Assembly: GCA_027592135.1 (NCBI GenBank)
Contig: JAQCIJ010000001.1
Coordinates: 34,156 to 98,155, forward strand
DNA: 64,000 bases
Origin: a bacterium
GTDB lineage: Bacteria; Patescibacteriota; Gracilibacteria; Peribacterales; Peribacteraceae
Direction: 5' to 3'
Part shown: one piece after another, positions 1 to 9,718 of the stretch
Position numbering within the stretch: position 1 is the stretch's first letter
Layout: every line of letters starts with the position of its first letter
The notes under the pieces: model-generated
The model's input: the letters and a program-made list of their open reading frames with translations, nothing else
Told to the model about the DNA's origin: nothing
Databases searched by the model: none
Translations under genes and position numbers: made by a program

Positions 1-543
1 GTAAACAAGATCAACATGGCTGCGATGGGACGTGCAGATATGCGAAAGGAAGATCGACGTCGGTTCTACCTCTATGTAGATGAGTTCCAGAACTTCGTGA
101 CCGATGCGTTTGCGACTATCCTTTCTGAGGCACGTAAGTATGAACTCGGTCTTATCATGGCGCACCAATTTATTGGACAGCTTGTCGGAAAAACAGAAGC
201 GTACGGCTCTGCAAGCTCCAAGTTGCGAGATGCAGTATTTGGTAACGTCGGTAGTATTAGCTCGTTTAAGATCGGTGCAGAAGATGCAGAATACATGGCG
301 AAAGAAATGGCACCAGTGCTTTCGGAGCAAGATGTAATTAATGTTCCAAACTTCCAATGTTACACAAAGCTCAATATCAATAATGTCACATCAAGGCCAT
401 TTAGCATGAACACGATGTATGATGAATCACAGCGTAATGATAAGCTTGCAGAGCTAATCAAAGAATACAGCAGGATGAAGTATGGTCGAAAGAAAGTCTT
501 CGTTAATCAAGAGATCGAAGACCGTATTGGGATAGTTTCTTAG
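1..543 (+). CDS. C-terminal fragment of a TraD/VirD4-type coupling-protein-like or HerA/DUF87-like P-loop NTPase; the 5' end lies outside the window
   Basis: Frame 1 is open from nt 1. The translated tail has FYLYVDEFQNF (Walker-B-like) followed by SEARKYELGLIMAHQF, the pattern of TraG/TraD/VirD4-type ATPases. Confidence 0.5.
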   Translation, partial: VNKINMAAMGRADMRKEDRRRFYLYVDEFQNFVTDAFATILSEARKYELGLIMAHQFIGQLVGKTEAYGSASSKLRDAVFGNVGSISSFKIGAEDAEYMAKEMAPVLSEQDVINVPNFQCYTKLNINNVTSRPFSMNTMYDESQRNDKLAELIKEYSRMKYGRKKVFVNQEIEDRIGIVS

Positions 544-558
544 TAAAACAATAGTGCA

Positions 559-1020
559 CTATTTCTTTTGTAATGCTCTCATTTTTTTGTATCTCTTTTC
601 TTCTTCAATCTCTTCTTCAATCTCTTCTTCAATCTCTTTCATCTCATAACTAAGCATCAGCGTGATGACTATTCGAATAGCAACAATGACTGCAAGTTTT
701 CCAAGGTCATCCCAACTTGGATGAATAATAGATTCGATAATATCTTTTCCCACAAGGAACTCGAGCCCAAGGGCTAGGTGCTTTCCGAGGTCGATGCGAA
801 TATAAGGAAGGTGGTTATTCCCACGAATAGTAGAAAGAATAAAGTGAATTGCACTCTTAATAGCACCGTATGCCATAATGGTTACACCGATATAACCAAT
901 AATTCCAGCAGTAAATATAGAGATAGCTTCGAGACTCGAAACTGCCTGAAGAGTCTTGGCGATGAATTCTGTATTTCCCATTTCGCTAGTATTGTACCAT
1001 TTTTCACAGTTTTTTACCAT
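559..1020 (-). CDS. DUF1622-like small membrane protein with an acidic EIEEE-repeat tail
   Basis: 153-aa ORF with hydrophobic helices and an LALGLEFLVGKDII motif typical of DUF1622. An alternative start is Met14 (nt 981). Confidence 0.6.
   Translation of the reverse strand: MVKNCEKWYNTSEMGNTEFIAKTLQAVSSLEAISIFTAGIIGYIGVTIMAYGAIKSAIHFILSTIRGNNHLPYIRIDLGKHLALGLEFLVGKDIIESIIHPSWDDLGKLAVIVAIRIVITLMLSYEMKEIEEEIEEEIEEEKRYKKMRALQKK
599..634. repeat. Perfect 3 x 12-nt tandem repeat (TCTTCTTCAATC) encoding EIEEEIEEEIEE on the minus strand
   Basis: Read directly from the sequence; it lies in the 3' end of the DUF1622-like CDS. Confidence 0.9.
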
Positions 1021-1062
1021 TTATTTGGTGTTGGCAACCGATTCTTGTATCGTAGCCCCACT

Positions 1063-1380
1063 ATGACTTCATTCAAACAAGCAAAAGACATGTTTAAGCT
1101 TCAGAAAGAGGCTAAGCGTATCAAAAAGGAGCTGAAAAACATCCATGTAGAAGCTGAGGCTGAGGGTGTTGTGGTTACCGTAAATGCGGAACAAGAGATC
1201 ATTTCCATTACGATTGCAGATGATGTATCAAGAGAAAGAATTCCCTCTCTACTCAAAGATGCTCTCAATCGCTCCCTCAAGAAGGCCCAAATTGTTGCTA
1301 CAGAAAAGATGCAGGGTGTAATGAGCCAGATGGGAATGGGTGCTCCAGAGCACGCGATGGGTGGAATGGGGAAAAAATAG
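1063..1380 (+). CDS. ybaB: Nucleoid-associated protein YbaB/EbfC family
   Basis: The in-frame ATG at 1063 gives 105 aa: MTSFKQAKDMFKLQKEAKRIKKEL...VTVNAEQEIISITI...LKDALNRSLKKAQ, with typical YbaB length and motifs. The upstream part of the ORF (778-1062) overlaps the opposite-strand gene. Confidence 0.85.
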   Translation: MTSFKQAKDMFKLQKEAKRIKKELKNIHVEAEAEGVVVTVNAEQEIISITIADDVSRERIPSLLKDALNRSLKKAQIVATEKMQGVMSQMGMGAPEHAMGGMGKK

Positions 1381-1408
1381 TGGATAGGGGATAGGGGATA
1401 GTGGATAA
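1381..1408 (+). repeat. Tandem heptamer repeat TGGATAG GGGATAG GGGATAG TGGATAA (GGATAG family)
   Basis: Four tandem 7-mers lie between the ybaB stop and the mltG start (ATG 1418). Confidence 0.9.
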
Positions 1409-1417
1409 TAAAAACAT

Positions 1418-2425
1418 ATGAAAAAGATATGTGCATGCATCATTATTACGATTTTTGGATCGTATCTCTGGTACTCTCACGCACTGAGTCCAGTAGATTC
1501 TACAGCTGCTGCTCGTTCTAAAGTTACTATCGATGCAGGGTCTACTACATCGCATATTGCCGACCTCCTAAAAGAGGAGGGGATTATTCGATCTCCTTTT
1601 GCATTTAAGCTCCATCTCAAGATCAAAGGACTTGATGGGTCCCTACAAGCTGGAGTGTTCTTATTGGATACCACACAATCTGTTGATGACATTGTACGTA
1701 TTTTGCAGACCGGTCGTGCAGAAGAAATGATCGTTACAGTTCCAGAAGGGTTTACGGTACAGGATATCGATAACCTTTTGGTTCAGATGCAGTTGATAGA
1801 AAAAGGAGAGGCGATTGCCTGTGCAAATACGTGTGATTTTGCATCGTACGATTTTTTACCAGAAGATAGTACAGACCTAGCAGATAGAGGAGGGAAACTC
1901 GAAGGATACCTGTTCCCAGATACCTACTACGTTCCGGCAAGTGACTTTGTTGTAAAGTTCTTTTTCGAACGCATGCTCAATGCATTCCGCAAGAATGTTG
2001 TGGAGGAGTATGGGGAGGAGATTACTGATCTTCATGAATTTATGATTATGGCCTCTCTTGTGGAGGAAGAAACACGCACAGATGAGGAGCGACCAATTGT
2101 TGCTGGTATTATCTGGAAGCGTTATGAAGCTGGATGGGGACTTGGGATAGATGCTGCTGTTCGGTATATCGTGAATAAGCCATCAGCTGCTATTACGCAT
2201 GCAGACCTCAATATCAATAATCCCTATAACCTTCGTAAGTTTAAAGGGCTTCCGCCAGGACCGATAGCAAATGTCAGCATTAAGAGTGTTATCGCGACCC
2301 TCAAGCCAGAGAAAAGCCCGTATTGGTACTATCTTCATGATAAGACAGGCCAGATTCATTACAGCAAGACCAATGAGGAGCATAATACGAATAGGTACAA
2401 CTATTTGGGGAGTGGGGCGGAATAA
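1418..2425 (+). CDS. mltG: Endolytic murein transglycosylase MltG (YceG-like)
   Basis: N-terminal TM helix, a YceG-like domain with LEGYLFPDTY and PPGPI motifs, 335 aa. Confidence 0.88.
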   Translation: MKKICACIIITIFGSYLWYSHALSPVDSTAAARSKVTIDAGSTTSHIADLLKEEGIIRSPFAFKLHLKIKGLDGSLQAGVFLLDTTQSVDDIVRILQTGRAEEMIVTVPEGFTVQDIDNLLVQMQLIEKGEAIACANTCDFASYDFLPEDSTDLADRGGKLEGYLFPDTYYVPASDFVVKFFFERMLNAFRKNVVEEYGEEITDLHEFMIMASLVEEETRTDEERPIVAGIIWKRYEAGWGLGIDAAVRYIVNKPSAAITHADLNINNPYNLRKFKGLPPGPIANVSIKSVIATLKPEKSPYWYYLHDKTGQIHYSKTNEEHNTNRYNYLGSGAE

Positions 2426-2454
2426 GAAATATTGCTAAATTAACTAAAAAGTAG

Positions 2455-2460
2455 TATAAT
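2455..2460 (+). promoter_or_regulatory. -10-like TATAAT box 6 nt upstream of the ATG at 2467
   Basis: The sequence is gtagTATAATatacatATG with no SD-like purine tract between box and start. Confidence 0.35.
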
Positions 2461-2466
2461 ATACAT

Positions 2467-2664
2467 ATGAAACACATATTCATATTCGGTTTACTCATCA
2501 TGTTTGCGTATGCAGGATTTCGCCCACCCGATGGTATGCGAAAGTTCCCGGTTGCAAATTTACAGTTCCAAGTAAAGACTCCACAGGGAACTGCCACTGT
2601 TAAACTTCAAGAAGAGTCTGTAACTTTGGTTTCAGAAGAGTCCGAGCAAGAAGAAACTGAATAA
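2467..2664 (+). CDS. Small secreted/membrane-anchored hypothetical protein with an acidic C-terminus
   Basis: 65-aa ORF with a hydrophobic N-terminus (IFIFGLLIMFAYAG). It sits in its own intergenic slot with a -10-like box just upstream. Confidence 0.45.
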   Translation: MKHIFIFGLLIMFAYAGFRPPDGMRKFPVANLQFQVKTPQGTATVKLQEESVTLVSEESEQEETE

Positions 2665-2697
2665 GCTATACTACTAATCAATTACAAAAAAATTACT

Positions 2698-3348
2698 ATG
2701 GCTAATGAACATTTCCACAGGCTAAAGATTGGCGTAATGGGTAGTGCTTCAGGGCCACAGCTTGAGAGTGGTCACGCAAAGGACATGGCTATTGAGCTTG
2801 GAAAAGAGATTGCTCGTCGCAATCACATTTTTATCAATGGAGCGTGTCCGGGTCTTCCAAATGATGCACTTATTGGAGCTATTAGTGAAGGAGGATTCAC
2901 TGTTGGAATTTCTCCCGCTTTCTCATTAGAAGAGCATGTACAGGCATACCAGTCACCACACGAGAATGACTTTATTATCTATACAGGAGCAGGATTCATG
3001 GAGCGCGATATTATCAATATCCGTTCTTCTGATGGAGTTGTTATTATTGGAGGGGGAATCGGAACACTTAATGAACTGACAATTGCGTACGAAGAAGCGC
3101 GCCCTATTGGAGTGTTAACAGGTACGGGCGGAATCTCCGACCACGTTCCGCATATTGTCGAAGATCTTTGTCTTCGAAAAATTGCTCCTAATATGGTCTT
3201 CGACAGCGATCCAGCTAAACTTCTCGATAAGTTAGAAGTAGCGATCAAAGCGTATCCACTTCCGATTCACGAAGATGGTCGTGTCATTGATAAAAAGACA
3301 TGCCGAAGAGGAGACTGGTGGTGCCAAGACGCTAGCGCGAAAGAATAA
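2698..3348 (+). CDS. LOG/TIGR00725-family Rossmann-fold protein (lysine-decarboxylase-like)
   Basis: IGVMGSASG near the N-terminus and GGGIGTLNELTIAYEE are typical of LOG/TIGR00725 proteins. Confidence 0.7.
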   Translation: MANEHFHRLKIGVMGSASGPQLESGHAKDMAIELGKEIARRNHIFINGACPGLPNDALIGAISEGGFTVGISPAFSLEEHVQAYQSPHENDFIIYTGAGFMERDIINIRSSDGVVIIGGGIGTLNELTIAYEEARPIGVLTGTGGISDHVPHIVEDLCLRKIAPNMVFDSDPAKLLDKLEVAIKAYPLPIHEDGRVIDKKTCRRGDWWCQDASAKE

Positions 3349-3352
3349 CGGC

Positions 3353-3366
3353 TGAATCCTCTATCC
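3353..3366 (+). repeat. Two units of the CTATCC-family heptamer (TGAATCC TCTATCC)
   Basis: Lies between the convergent LOG-like and der genes, in the reverse orientation of the 1381-1408 repeat. Confidence 0.6.
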
Positions 3367-3369
3367 TCT

Positions 3370-3390
3370 AAAAAATGCTATGCATTTTTT
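3370..3390. terminator. AT-rich hairpin AAAAAATGC-tat-GCATTTTTT between convergent genes, a possible bidirectional terminator
   Basis: 9-bp perfect inverted repeat flanked by A and T runs. It overlaps the der stop codon. Confidence 0.3.
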
Positions 3391-4718
3391 TTAGTAATCC
3401 ACCTAATGGGTGTTCCTTCGAAGTCGAAGGTTTTGCGTAGGCTATTCTCTAAATAGCGAAGCTGGCTTACCTGTACTTGTTTCGGGTCTTTTACAAATAC
3501 CACAAATGTTGGCGGTGTTTCTTCTGCCTGCAGTATCATCTTCGACCGTGCAAGCATTCCCATTGGTTTGCCGTATACTGTTTTTTTGTACCAATCCAGA
3601 AGCTCTTTTGTCGGGAGTCTTCGTATGCGGTTTCTCTGTGTCATCTCAATAAGATCAAAGATCTTCAGTAGCCCTTCTTTGGTTTGCGCAGATACAGGAA
3701 GTACTGGGGCGCACTTCGCAAATTGGAGTTGTTGTTGTATTTCTGCAAGACGCAGATGGCGTTCTTCTGTATCCACAAGATCGATCTTATTTACCAAAAT
3801 AATAAGCCCTTTTCCTTCTTCGACTGCCATACCTGCGACGCGTTTATCTTGGCGGCTGAGTGTCTGGGTAGCATCTAAGATCAGTACTGCGACGTCACAG
3901 TACTCCAGTTCTTTTACGCTGCGAAAGTACGCGTAGACTTCGATGTCACTCTTCGTATCTTTTCTTCGTTTGATACCGGCTGTGTCCGTAAAGACATAGT
4001 CTTGTTCATGATAGCGAATAATAGTATCGATAGCGTCACGTGTTGTTCCTGGAATATCAGAAACAAGAAGAGGAGATTTCGCACGTTGTGTTTCACTCAT
4101 AAAGGCGTTAACCAATGAGCTTTTACCCACGTTTGGTTTTCCGATAATGGCAATACGAGGAAGAGCATTCTCTATTTTTGGTACCCGTTCAAAGTTTAAT
4201 TTGATCAATTCTTCTTCAATAGCTTCTTGGAGAGCATCTGTTCCATATCTGTGCGGAGCACTAATAGGAATAATACGATCAGTAATTCCTAATTGATAGT
4301 ATTCAGGCAAAATTGAATCAATTGTCCCAGGGTCATCACATTTCGTCAGTGCCATTACAATTGGCGCATGAGACTTCGTGCTCTTGCGGAGGATTTCGAC
4401 AATCTCAAAGTCGCTTCCGGTCAGCTCTTCTCTGCTATTTACCGTAAAGACAATGACATCTGCATGCTCTAGAGCAAGTTTGGATTGTTCATGGACATCA
4501 TCTTCCAGCTCTATGTCCTGCGTCCCTCCGCCCATTCCTCCAGTATCAATTAATAGATAATCGAGCTTTTCACCTTCTACTTGCCCCGCAACTTGATCTC
4601 TGGTGGTACCAGGAGTGTCTGCAACAATTGCCTTTCTGCGACCAATGATCTTATTGAAAAGTGTGGATTTGCCCGTATTTGGCCTTCCAATGATCGCTAC
4701 AGTGGGTATTTTCGCCAT
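3378..4718 (-). CDS. der: Ribosome-associated GTPase Der (EngA)
   Basis: Two tandem GTPase domains (GRPNTGKST and GKPNVGKSS P-loops; DTGG and DTAG) plus a KH-like C-terminus, 446 aa. Confidence 0.93.
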   Translation of the reverse strand: MAKIPTVAIIGRPNTGKSTLFNKIIGRRKAIVADTPGTTRDQVAGQVEGEKLDYLLIDTGGMGGGTQDIELEDDVHEQSKLALEHADVIVFTVNSREELTGSDFEIVEILRKSTKSHAPIVMALTKCDDPGTIDSILPEYYQLGITDRIIPISAPHRYGTDALQEAIEEELIKLNFERVPKIENALPRIAIIGKPNVGKSSLVNAFMSETQRAKSPLLVSDIPGTTRDAIDTIIRYHEQDYVFTDTAGIKRRKDTKSDIEVYAYFRSVKELEYCDVAVLILDATQTLSRQDKRVAGMAVEEGKGLIILVNKIDLVDTEERHLRLAEIQQQLQFAKCAPVLPVSAQTKEGLLKIFDLIEMTQRNRIRRLPTKELLDWYKKTVYGKPMGMLARSKMILQAEETPPTFVVFVKDPKQVQVSQLRYLENSLRKTFDFEGTPIRWITKKNA

Positions 4719-4805
4719 AAGTAGACCCGCAGACTATCAGATTTTTTATAGATTTCCCATAAAGAACTGTGATAAACCAGCGTGAAACTGTAGGATATTG
4801 CGCGT

Positions 4806-7292
4806 ATGTACGATTCATCATCAACAGAAAAGAAATGGCAGGCCAAATGGGAAGAGGCAAAATCTTATGTTATAGACCTCAAAAAGGCCAAAGATCCCTA
4901 TTTCTCTCATGTAATGTTCCCCTACCCTAGTGGAGATAAGCTCCATGTAGGGCATTGGTATAACTATGGGCCAGCAGATAGCTTTTCTCGCTATCAGCGA
5001 ATGCTCGGCAAAGATGTATTCTGCCCTTTTGGATTTGATGCCTTTGGTCTTCCTGCAGAAAACTATGCTATTAAGACAGGAGTGCATCCAGATGACTCCA
5101 TTACCACAAATGTCGAGACGATGATCATCCAGCTCAAGCGTATTGGGTGTATGTACGACTGGGACAAGATGGTAAATACCTCAAAGCCTGAGTACTACCG
5201 GTGGACGCAGTGGCTTTTTTTACAGATGTATAAGAACAAGCTTGCGTACCGTAAAGATGCGAATGTGAACTGGTGCGAGAGCTGTAAAACCGTTCTCGCC
5301 AATGAGCAGGTGTGGGAGGGAAAATGTGAACGGTGCGATACCGATATTGTCCTTAAGCCCATGACACAGTGGTATTGGAAGGTAAAAGATTATGCGCAGA
5401 AACTGCTCGACGGTCTGGAAAATCTGGATTGGCCGGAGAAAACAAAGACCATGCAGCGAAACTGGATCGGCCGAAGCGAGGGAATGAATTTTACCTTCAA
5501 AGTGAAAGATTCCGAACTTGAGTTTGAGGTGTACGACTCAGTGCCGCAAACGTATCGAGCTCAGACATTCGCAGTCATAGCACCGGAGCATCCCATGCTC
5601 CTAAGTCTCATAAAAGGGCAAAAGAACGAGAAGGAGGTTCTGGATTTCATAGAGCGAATGAAGGTGAAGAAAGCGACGCAGAAATATAATTTTGACGAAG
5701 ATCTGGAAGGAGTCTTCACCGGTCGTTTCGTGGAGTTTGTTACCGGAGATCTTCCTTTGTGGGTGGCATCGTTCGCTGTTATGGATTACGGGTCGGGTAT
5801 CGTAAACTGTTCCGCTCATGACGAACGCGACTTTGCCTTTGCAAAGAAGTACGACATTCCGTTGCACGTCGTTATGGTTCCCGAGGACGAAGCGGAGGCT
5901 GAGAAAGTGCGAAACTTGGAGTACTGCTTCTTTAAAGATCCGCAGGGAGTCATGCTGGAACCCGAAGAATTCAAAGGCAGGCGTTGGGGTGAAGTGCGAC
6001 AGGATATCATCAAGTATTTGGAAAAAGAGGGTATCGGTTATCCCACGGTTCAGTATAAACTTCGCGACTGGAGTATTTCTCGTCAGCGGTACTGGGGAGC
6101 ACCCATCCCTATTGTGTATGATCCAGAAGGAAACCCTCATCCTATTCCTGAGGAGCATCTTCCATGGGAACTTCCTCGTGATGTGGACTTTAAGCCAACA
6201 GGAGTTGCTCCTCTTGCAGCCTCGAAAGAATTACTCGAGCGCACAGAGGCGATATTTGGAAAAGGTTGGACGCCAGAAGTCGATACCATGGATACTTTTG
6301 TTTGTAGTTCGTTCTATTCATTTATGTATCTTTCTACAGAAGGATACGGTACAAAATTTACCAACGCATCTCCGACAGCATCCGATCGAGAAGCGCAATT
6401 CATCGACCCGACTATAGAAAAGAACTGGATGCCAGTAGATATGTACATCGGAGGGCCAGAGCATGCTTGCATGCATTTGATTTATTCTCGTTTTGTAACA
6501 ATGGCTTTAAAAGACTTTGGGTATGTTTCCCATGAAGAACCCTATAAGCGACTTATACACCAAGGCCTGATAACGAATGGTGGAGCAAAGATGAGTAAGA
6601 GCAAAGGCAATGTCGTAAGCCCAGATGCATTTGTCGAACAATACGGAAGTGATGTCTTTAGAATGTACCTCATGTTCATGGGACCATTCGAAGGAGGAGG
6701 GGACTGGAGTGATACGGGTATCAAGGGTATCGATAGGTTTGTGCAGAAAGTATGGAAGCTATTTGGGGAAACCGAGGAATCCGAAGAAACCAAGGAATCC
6801 AAAGAGGTGGAAGTAAAACTCCATCAGACCATTAAGAAAGTGACAGAGGATATTGAGAGATTACACTTTAATACGTGTATATCAGCACTAATGGAACTGA
6901 TGAACACCGTCGAAAAGCATAAAACTTTTAATAAGAACTTAGCTCTAACTGTAGCAAAATTACTTTCTCCACTTGCACCACATTTAGCAGAGGAGCTTTG
7001 GGAGAAGCTTGGAGGTCCCGCCTACGCCAAGGCTACAGGGAGCAAGGAAGGATTTGTTATCGACCAACCATGGCCAACATACGATGAAAAAATGTGTGTG
7101 TCAGCAACAGTAGAAGTTGCTGTACAGATCAATGGAAAGCTCCGCGGAACCATCACTATAGATGCAGCTGCTTCCGAAGCGGATGTAATTACTCTTGCTA
7201 AAGAAGTACCAAATGTTTTGAAGAATCTGGAAGGCAAAGAGATCAAGAAAGAGATCTATGTTCCGGGGAAGCTCGTCAGTTTGGTTATATAA
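4806..7292 (+). CDS. leuS: Leucine--tRNA ligase
   Basis: 828 aa with the class I motifs HVGHWYNY (HIGH-like) and KMSKSKGN, plus a CP1 editing-domain insertion. Confidence 0.95.
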   Translation: MYDSSSTEKKWQAKWEEAKSYVIDLKKAKDPYFSHVMFPYPSGDKLHVGHWYNYGPADSFSRYQRMLGKDVFCPFGFDAFGLPAENYAIKTGVHPDDSITTNVETMIIQLKRIGCMYDWDKMVNTSKPEYYRWTQWLFLQMYKNKLAYRKDANVNWCESCKTVLANEQVWEGKCERCDTDIVLKPMTQWYWKVKDYAQKLLDGLENLDWPEKTKTMQRNWIGRSEGMNFTFKVKDSELEFEVYDSVPQTYRAQTFAVIAPEHPMLLSLIKGQKNEKEVLDFIERMKVKKATQKYNFDEDLEGVFTGRFVEFVTGDLPLWVASFAVMDYGSGIVNCSAHDERDFAFAKKYDIPLHVVMVPEDEAEAEKVRNLEYCFFKDPQGVMLEPEEFKGRRWGEVRQDIIKYLEKEGIGYPTVQYKLRDWSISRQRYWGAPIPIVYDPEGNPHPIPEEHLPWELPRDVDFKPTGVAPLAASKELLERTEAIFGKGWTPEVDTMDTFVCSSFYSFMYLSTEGYGTKFTNASPTASDREAQFIDPTIEKNWMPVDMYIGGPEHACMHLIYSRFVTMALKDFGYVSHEEPYKRLIHQGLITNGGAKMSKSKGNVVSPDAFVEQYGSDVFRMYLMFMGPFEGGGDWSDTGIKGIDRFVQKVWKLFGETEESEETKESKEVEVKLHQTIKKVTEDIERLHFNTCISALMELMNTVEKHKTFNKNLALTVAKLLSPLAPHLAEELWEKLGGPAYAKATGSKEGFVIDQPWPTYDEKMCVSATVEVAVQINGKLRGTITIDAAASEADVITLAKEVPNVLKNLEGKEIKKEIYVPGKLVSLVI
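6768..6803 (+). repeat. In-frame 2 x 18-nt tandem duplication inside leuS (ETEESE/ETKESK)
   Basis: GAAACCGAGGAATCCGAA is followed by GAAACCAAGGAATCCAAA. Confidence 0.8.
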
Positions 7293-7328
7293 ACAGATGC
7301 ATGCGTGTTAGGTAACCGTGCCACTATT

Positions 7329-8147
7329 TTATGTAACAGATAACTCTGTTGGCACTACTGATGAGGCAACAGCGGATCGGTTTGATTGCAGGCTACCTTT
7401 TATCCAGGTACTGATTATCTTAGCAAGTCTTTCTGGTTGTGATACATGTGGATAATGAAATGCAGTTTCCATTGTCTCAGTTCTCATATTAGGATGATGA
7501 AGTTCTTCTTCGATATTCCAAGGATCCAGTGGAGCTTTAACAAGGAGTATTTGCACATCCTGTCTGCATTTTCTTAGTAGGTTAGCAAATGTAGGTCCTT
7601 CTCGTAGTCCCCTTAATTCTGTTTTCATACGATGACGTTCATGTTCGTAGGCTTGTTCGTGCCTTTCTAGAAATGAGCCAAAGGTTGCATCGCTCATCTC
7701 TAAGGCAAGAGGCCTGAGCATACTTTCTGCAGGTGTAGATGTATCTTCTGTTGATTTGGCTTCATTATCATTTCCATTATTCTTACTCATTTCATTCTTT
7801 GGCGGATTCAACAGTACTACAGTCTGAACTCGAGGGCACTGCTGCAGTATTTCTATCGTTCTGTGGGTTCCAAAAGAAGTTGCTATCAGTATTGTATGAC
7901 TTTGCTCGTTGATCAGTGCCACTTCTTGCTCAGTCTTATGGTGCATCCAGTCAGCTTTTTTATTGAATGTTTTAAACTCTTGATAGTGCACATCTGGATG
8001 ATCTACGTGAATTCCTTCTTTATCCAAAAGATCACAGAGCTGTTCGCGATCTCCTACTGCATCCTGAATACCAGGAATCCACAGAGCTGTATGCTCTGAG
8101 GCATGGATTTCTGGTCCAGCACTAAATCTTGGTATAGGTTCTATCAT
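7329..8147 (-). CDS. Alpha/beta-hydrolase-like hypothetical protein
   Basis: 272 aa. It has a nucleophile-elbow-like ATSFG, a C-terminal HYPHVSQPERLAKII resembling the His region of alpha/beta hydrolases, and a long polar insertion. Confidence 0.45.
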   Translation of the reverse strand: MIEPIPRFSAGPEIHASEHTALWIPGIQDAVGDREQLCDLLDKEGIHVDHPDVHYQEFKTFNKKADWMHHKTEQEVALINEQSHTILIATSFGTHRTIEILQQCPRVQTVVLLNPPKNEMSKNNGNDNEAKSTEDTSTPAESMLRPLALEMSDATFGSFLERHEQAYEHERHRMKTELRGLREGPTFANLLRKCRQDVQILLVKAPLDPWNIEEELHHPNMRTETMETAFHYPHVSQPERLAKIISTWIKGSLQSNRSAVASSVVPTELSVT

Positions 8148-8251
8148 AGACTTTTCGCGATTATTTTATATAAAATAGCCTGAAATAGCGTGTATGCATA
8201 GAAATTACTCCAGAATGTACGCCAGACTTTTATGTCTACTTTCTGGGGCAC

Positions 8252-9706
8252 ATGCTAGACTCTCAGCTCATGGACCACCCATTCGATCGATATGCGGCAT
8301 ATACCGATGTCGCTGCCCTTAAAGAGAGCAGTGCACAGCCGCTACGTAAATGCATGAGAGTGAATACGTTAAAGATGGATACAGAAGCTTTCAAAAAGTA
8401 TGCAGCGCAGAAGAACTGGAAGCTTGATCCAGTATTATGGTGCAAAGAAGGATTTTTTATAGATAGAGAAGACAGATCTGTACCTCTAGGAAAAGATCTA
8501 CTTCATCTCCTTGGTCACACCTACATGCAAGAAGCAAGTAGTATGTTGCCGGTTGCCATGCTGGACCCTCAACCCGGAGAAAACATATTGGATATGGCAG
8601 CAGCACCTGGAAGTAAATCGACACAGATTGCGGCACGTATGAATAACCGTGGGGTATTAATTGCAAACGATATGCAAGAAGCACGGCTGCAAACACTGCG
8701 CGCAGCACTGAACCGTTTGGGTGTAATGAATGTGATTGTAACTAAGAAAATGGGCCAATGGTTTGGTTCGCACATGACTGGTCGCTTCGATCGTGTGCTC
8801 ATTGATGCTCCATGTACAGGGCAGGGGACTGCTCGAAAGGATGCAGGAGCTTTAAAATATTGTTCGATAGATTCCATTGGGAAAAATGCAAAACTTCAGC
8901 GTGAATTACTAGAAGCTGCAGTACATGCGACGAACATTGGCGGACGTATAGTCTACTCAACATGCACACTCACTCCGGAAGAAAATGAAGACGTCGTCTT
9001 ATCGGTTCTTTCCAAATTTCCTAATCAGCTAGAAGTACTTGATCCTCGTAACTGCGGAGTGGATAACGAAAAGTGGAAAGTGGATAAAGCAATCGAAGAT
9101 TCCTTAATAGTGCAGCGCAGTCTTTATCCTTTATCCACTATCCACTATCCATTCCTCAGGCTTTGGCCACAAACCTATAACTCCGAAGGATTCTTCTGTG
9201 CTGTGCTCAAAAAAACAGGCCCAACCAAAGATGCAGAGAAGACCGATCTCGTAAAGCTTGATAAAGAAGTGTTGCAGAAAGGTCGCGTAAAAGAAATTTG
9301 TGAGTTCTTAGAAATGCGTTTCGGTACATCGTTTAAAAACAAAAGTGAAGTATTGCTGCAAAGCATCGAACGACTGTGGATAACCACAGAGGAAGTGTTT
9401 ACGTTCAAACTCCCCTGCTCTAATGCAGGTATTGGACTCCCCTTTGGGAAAACGCTGACCAAGTCCCCTATTATGATCGACCATGATATCGCAACTTTGC
9501 GTGGATCTGCTGTAACCAAGGGGGTTATAGATCTTACCGAAGAGCAGTGGAAATTACTTGCCCGAGGGCAGGATATCGATTGTGATCCTGAGCTTTTCGG
9601 CAAAGTACTTTTCCAATACAACGGAATCTGTATAGGAAGAGGAAATGCGAGAGAGGGTCGTTGTAAAAACCAACTTCCTCGCTGGATTGTACAAGTATTG
9701 TCATGA
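8252..9706 (+). CDS. RsmB/RsmF (NOL1/NOP2/Sun) family rRNA m5C methyltransferase with a C-terminal extension
   Basis: Motifs DMAAAPGSKSTQIA (SAM motif I), DRVLIDAPCTGQGT, YSTCTL and EGFFCAVLKK. Confidence 0.85.
   Translation: MLDSQLMDHPFDRYAAYTDVAALKESSAQPLRKCMRVNTLKMDTEAFKKYAAQKNWKLDPVLWCKEGFFIDREDRSVPLGKDLLHLLGHTYMQEASSMLPVAMLDPQPGENILDMAAAPGSKSTQIAARMNNRGVLIANDMQEARLQTLRAALNRLGVMNVIVTKKMGQWFGSHMTGRFDRVLIDAPCTGQGTARKDAGALKYCSIDSIGKNAKLQRELLEAAVHATNIGGRIVYSTCTLTPEENEDVVLSVLSKFPNQLEVLDPRNCGVDNEKWKVDKAIEDSLIVQRSLYPLSTIHYPFLRLWPQTYNSEGFFCAVLKKTGPTKDAEKTDLVKLDKEVLQKGRVKEICEFLEMRFGTSFKNKSEVLLQSIERLWITTEEVFTFKLPCSNAGIGLPFGKTLTKSPIMIDHDIATLRGSAVTKGVIDLTEEQWKLLARGQDIDCDPELFGKVLFQYNGICIGRGNAREGRCKNQLPRWIVQVLS
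9123..9150 (+). repeat. Four tandem CTATCC-family heptamers inside the rsmB-like CDS (TTTATCC TTTATCC ACTATCC ACTATCC)
   Basis: Read directly. It is translated as LYPLSTIHYP, immediately before the conserved LRLWPQ...EGFF motif. Confidence 0.9.
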
Positions 9707-9718
9707 TAGTATTTTGGC

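Noticed and set aside
778-1062. N-terminal 95 codons of the 200-aa ORF containing ybaB
   Set aside because: This part is antisense to the DUF1622-like gene and has junk-like composition. YbaB homology begins at the internal ATG 1063.
4719-4805. Possible T-box or other leader upstream of leuS
   Set aside because: The region is only 87 nt and AT-rich, with no specifier or T-box (AGGGUGGNACCGCG-like) sequence visible.
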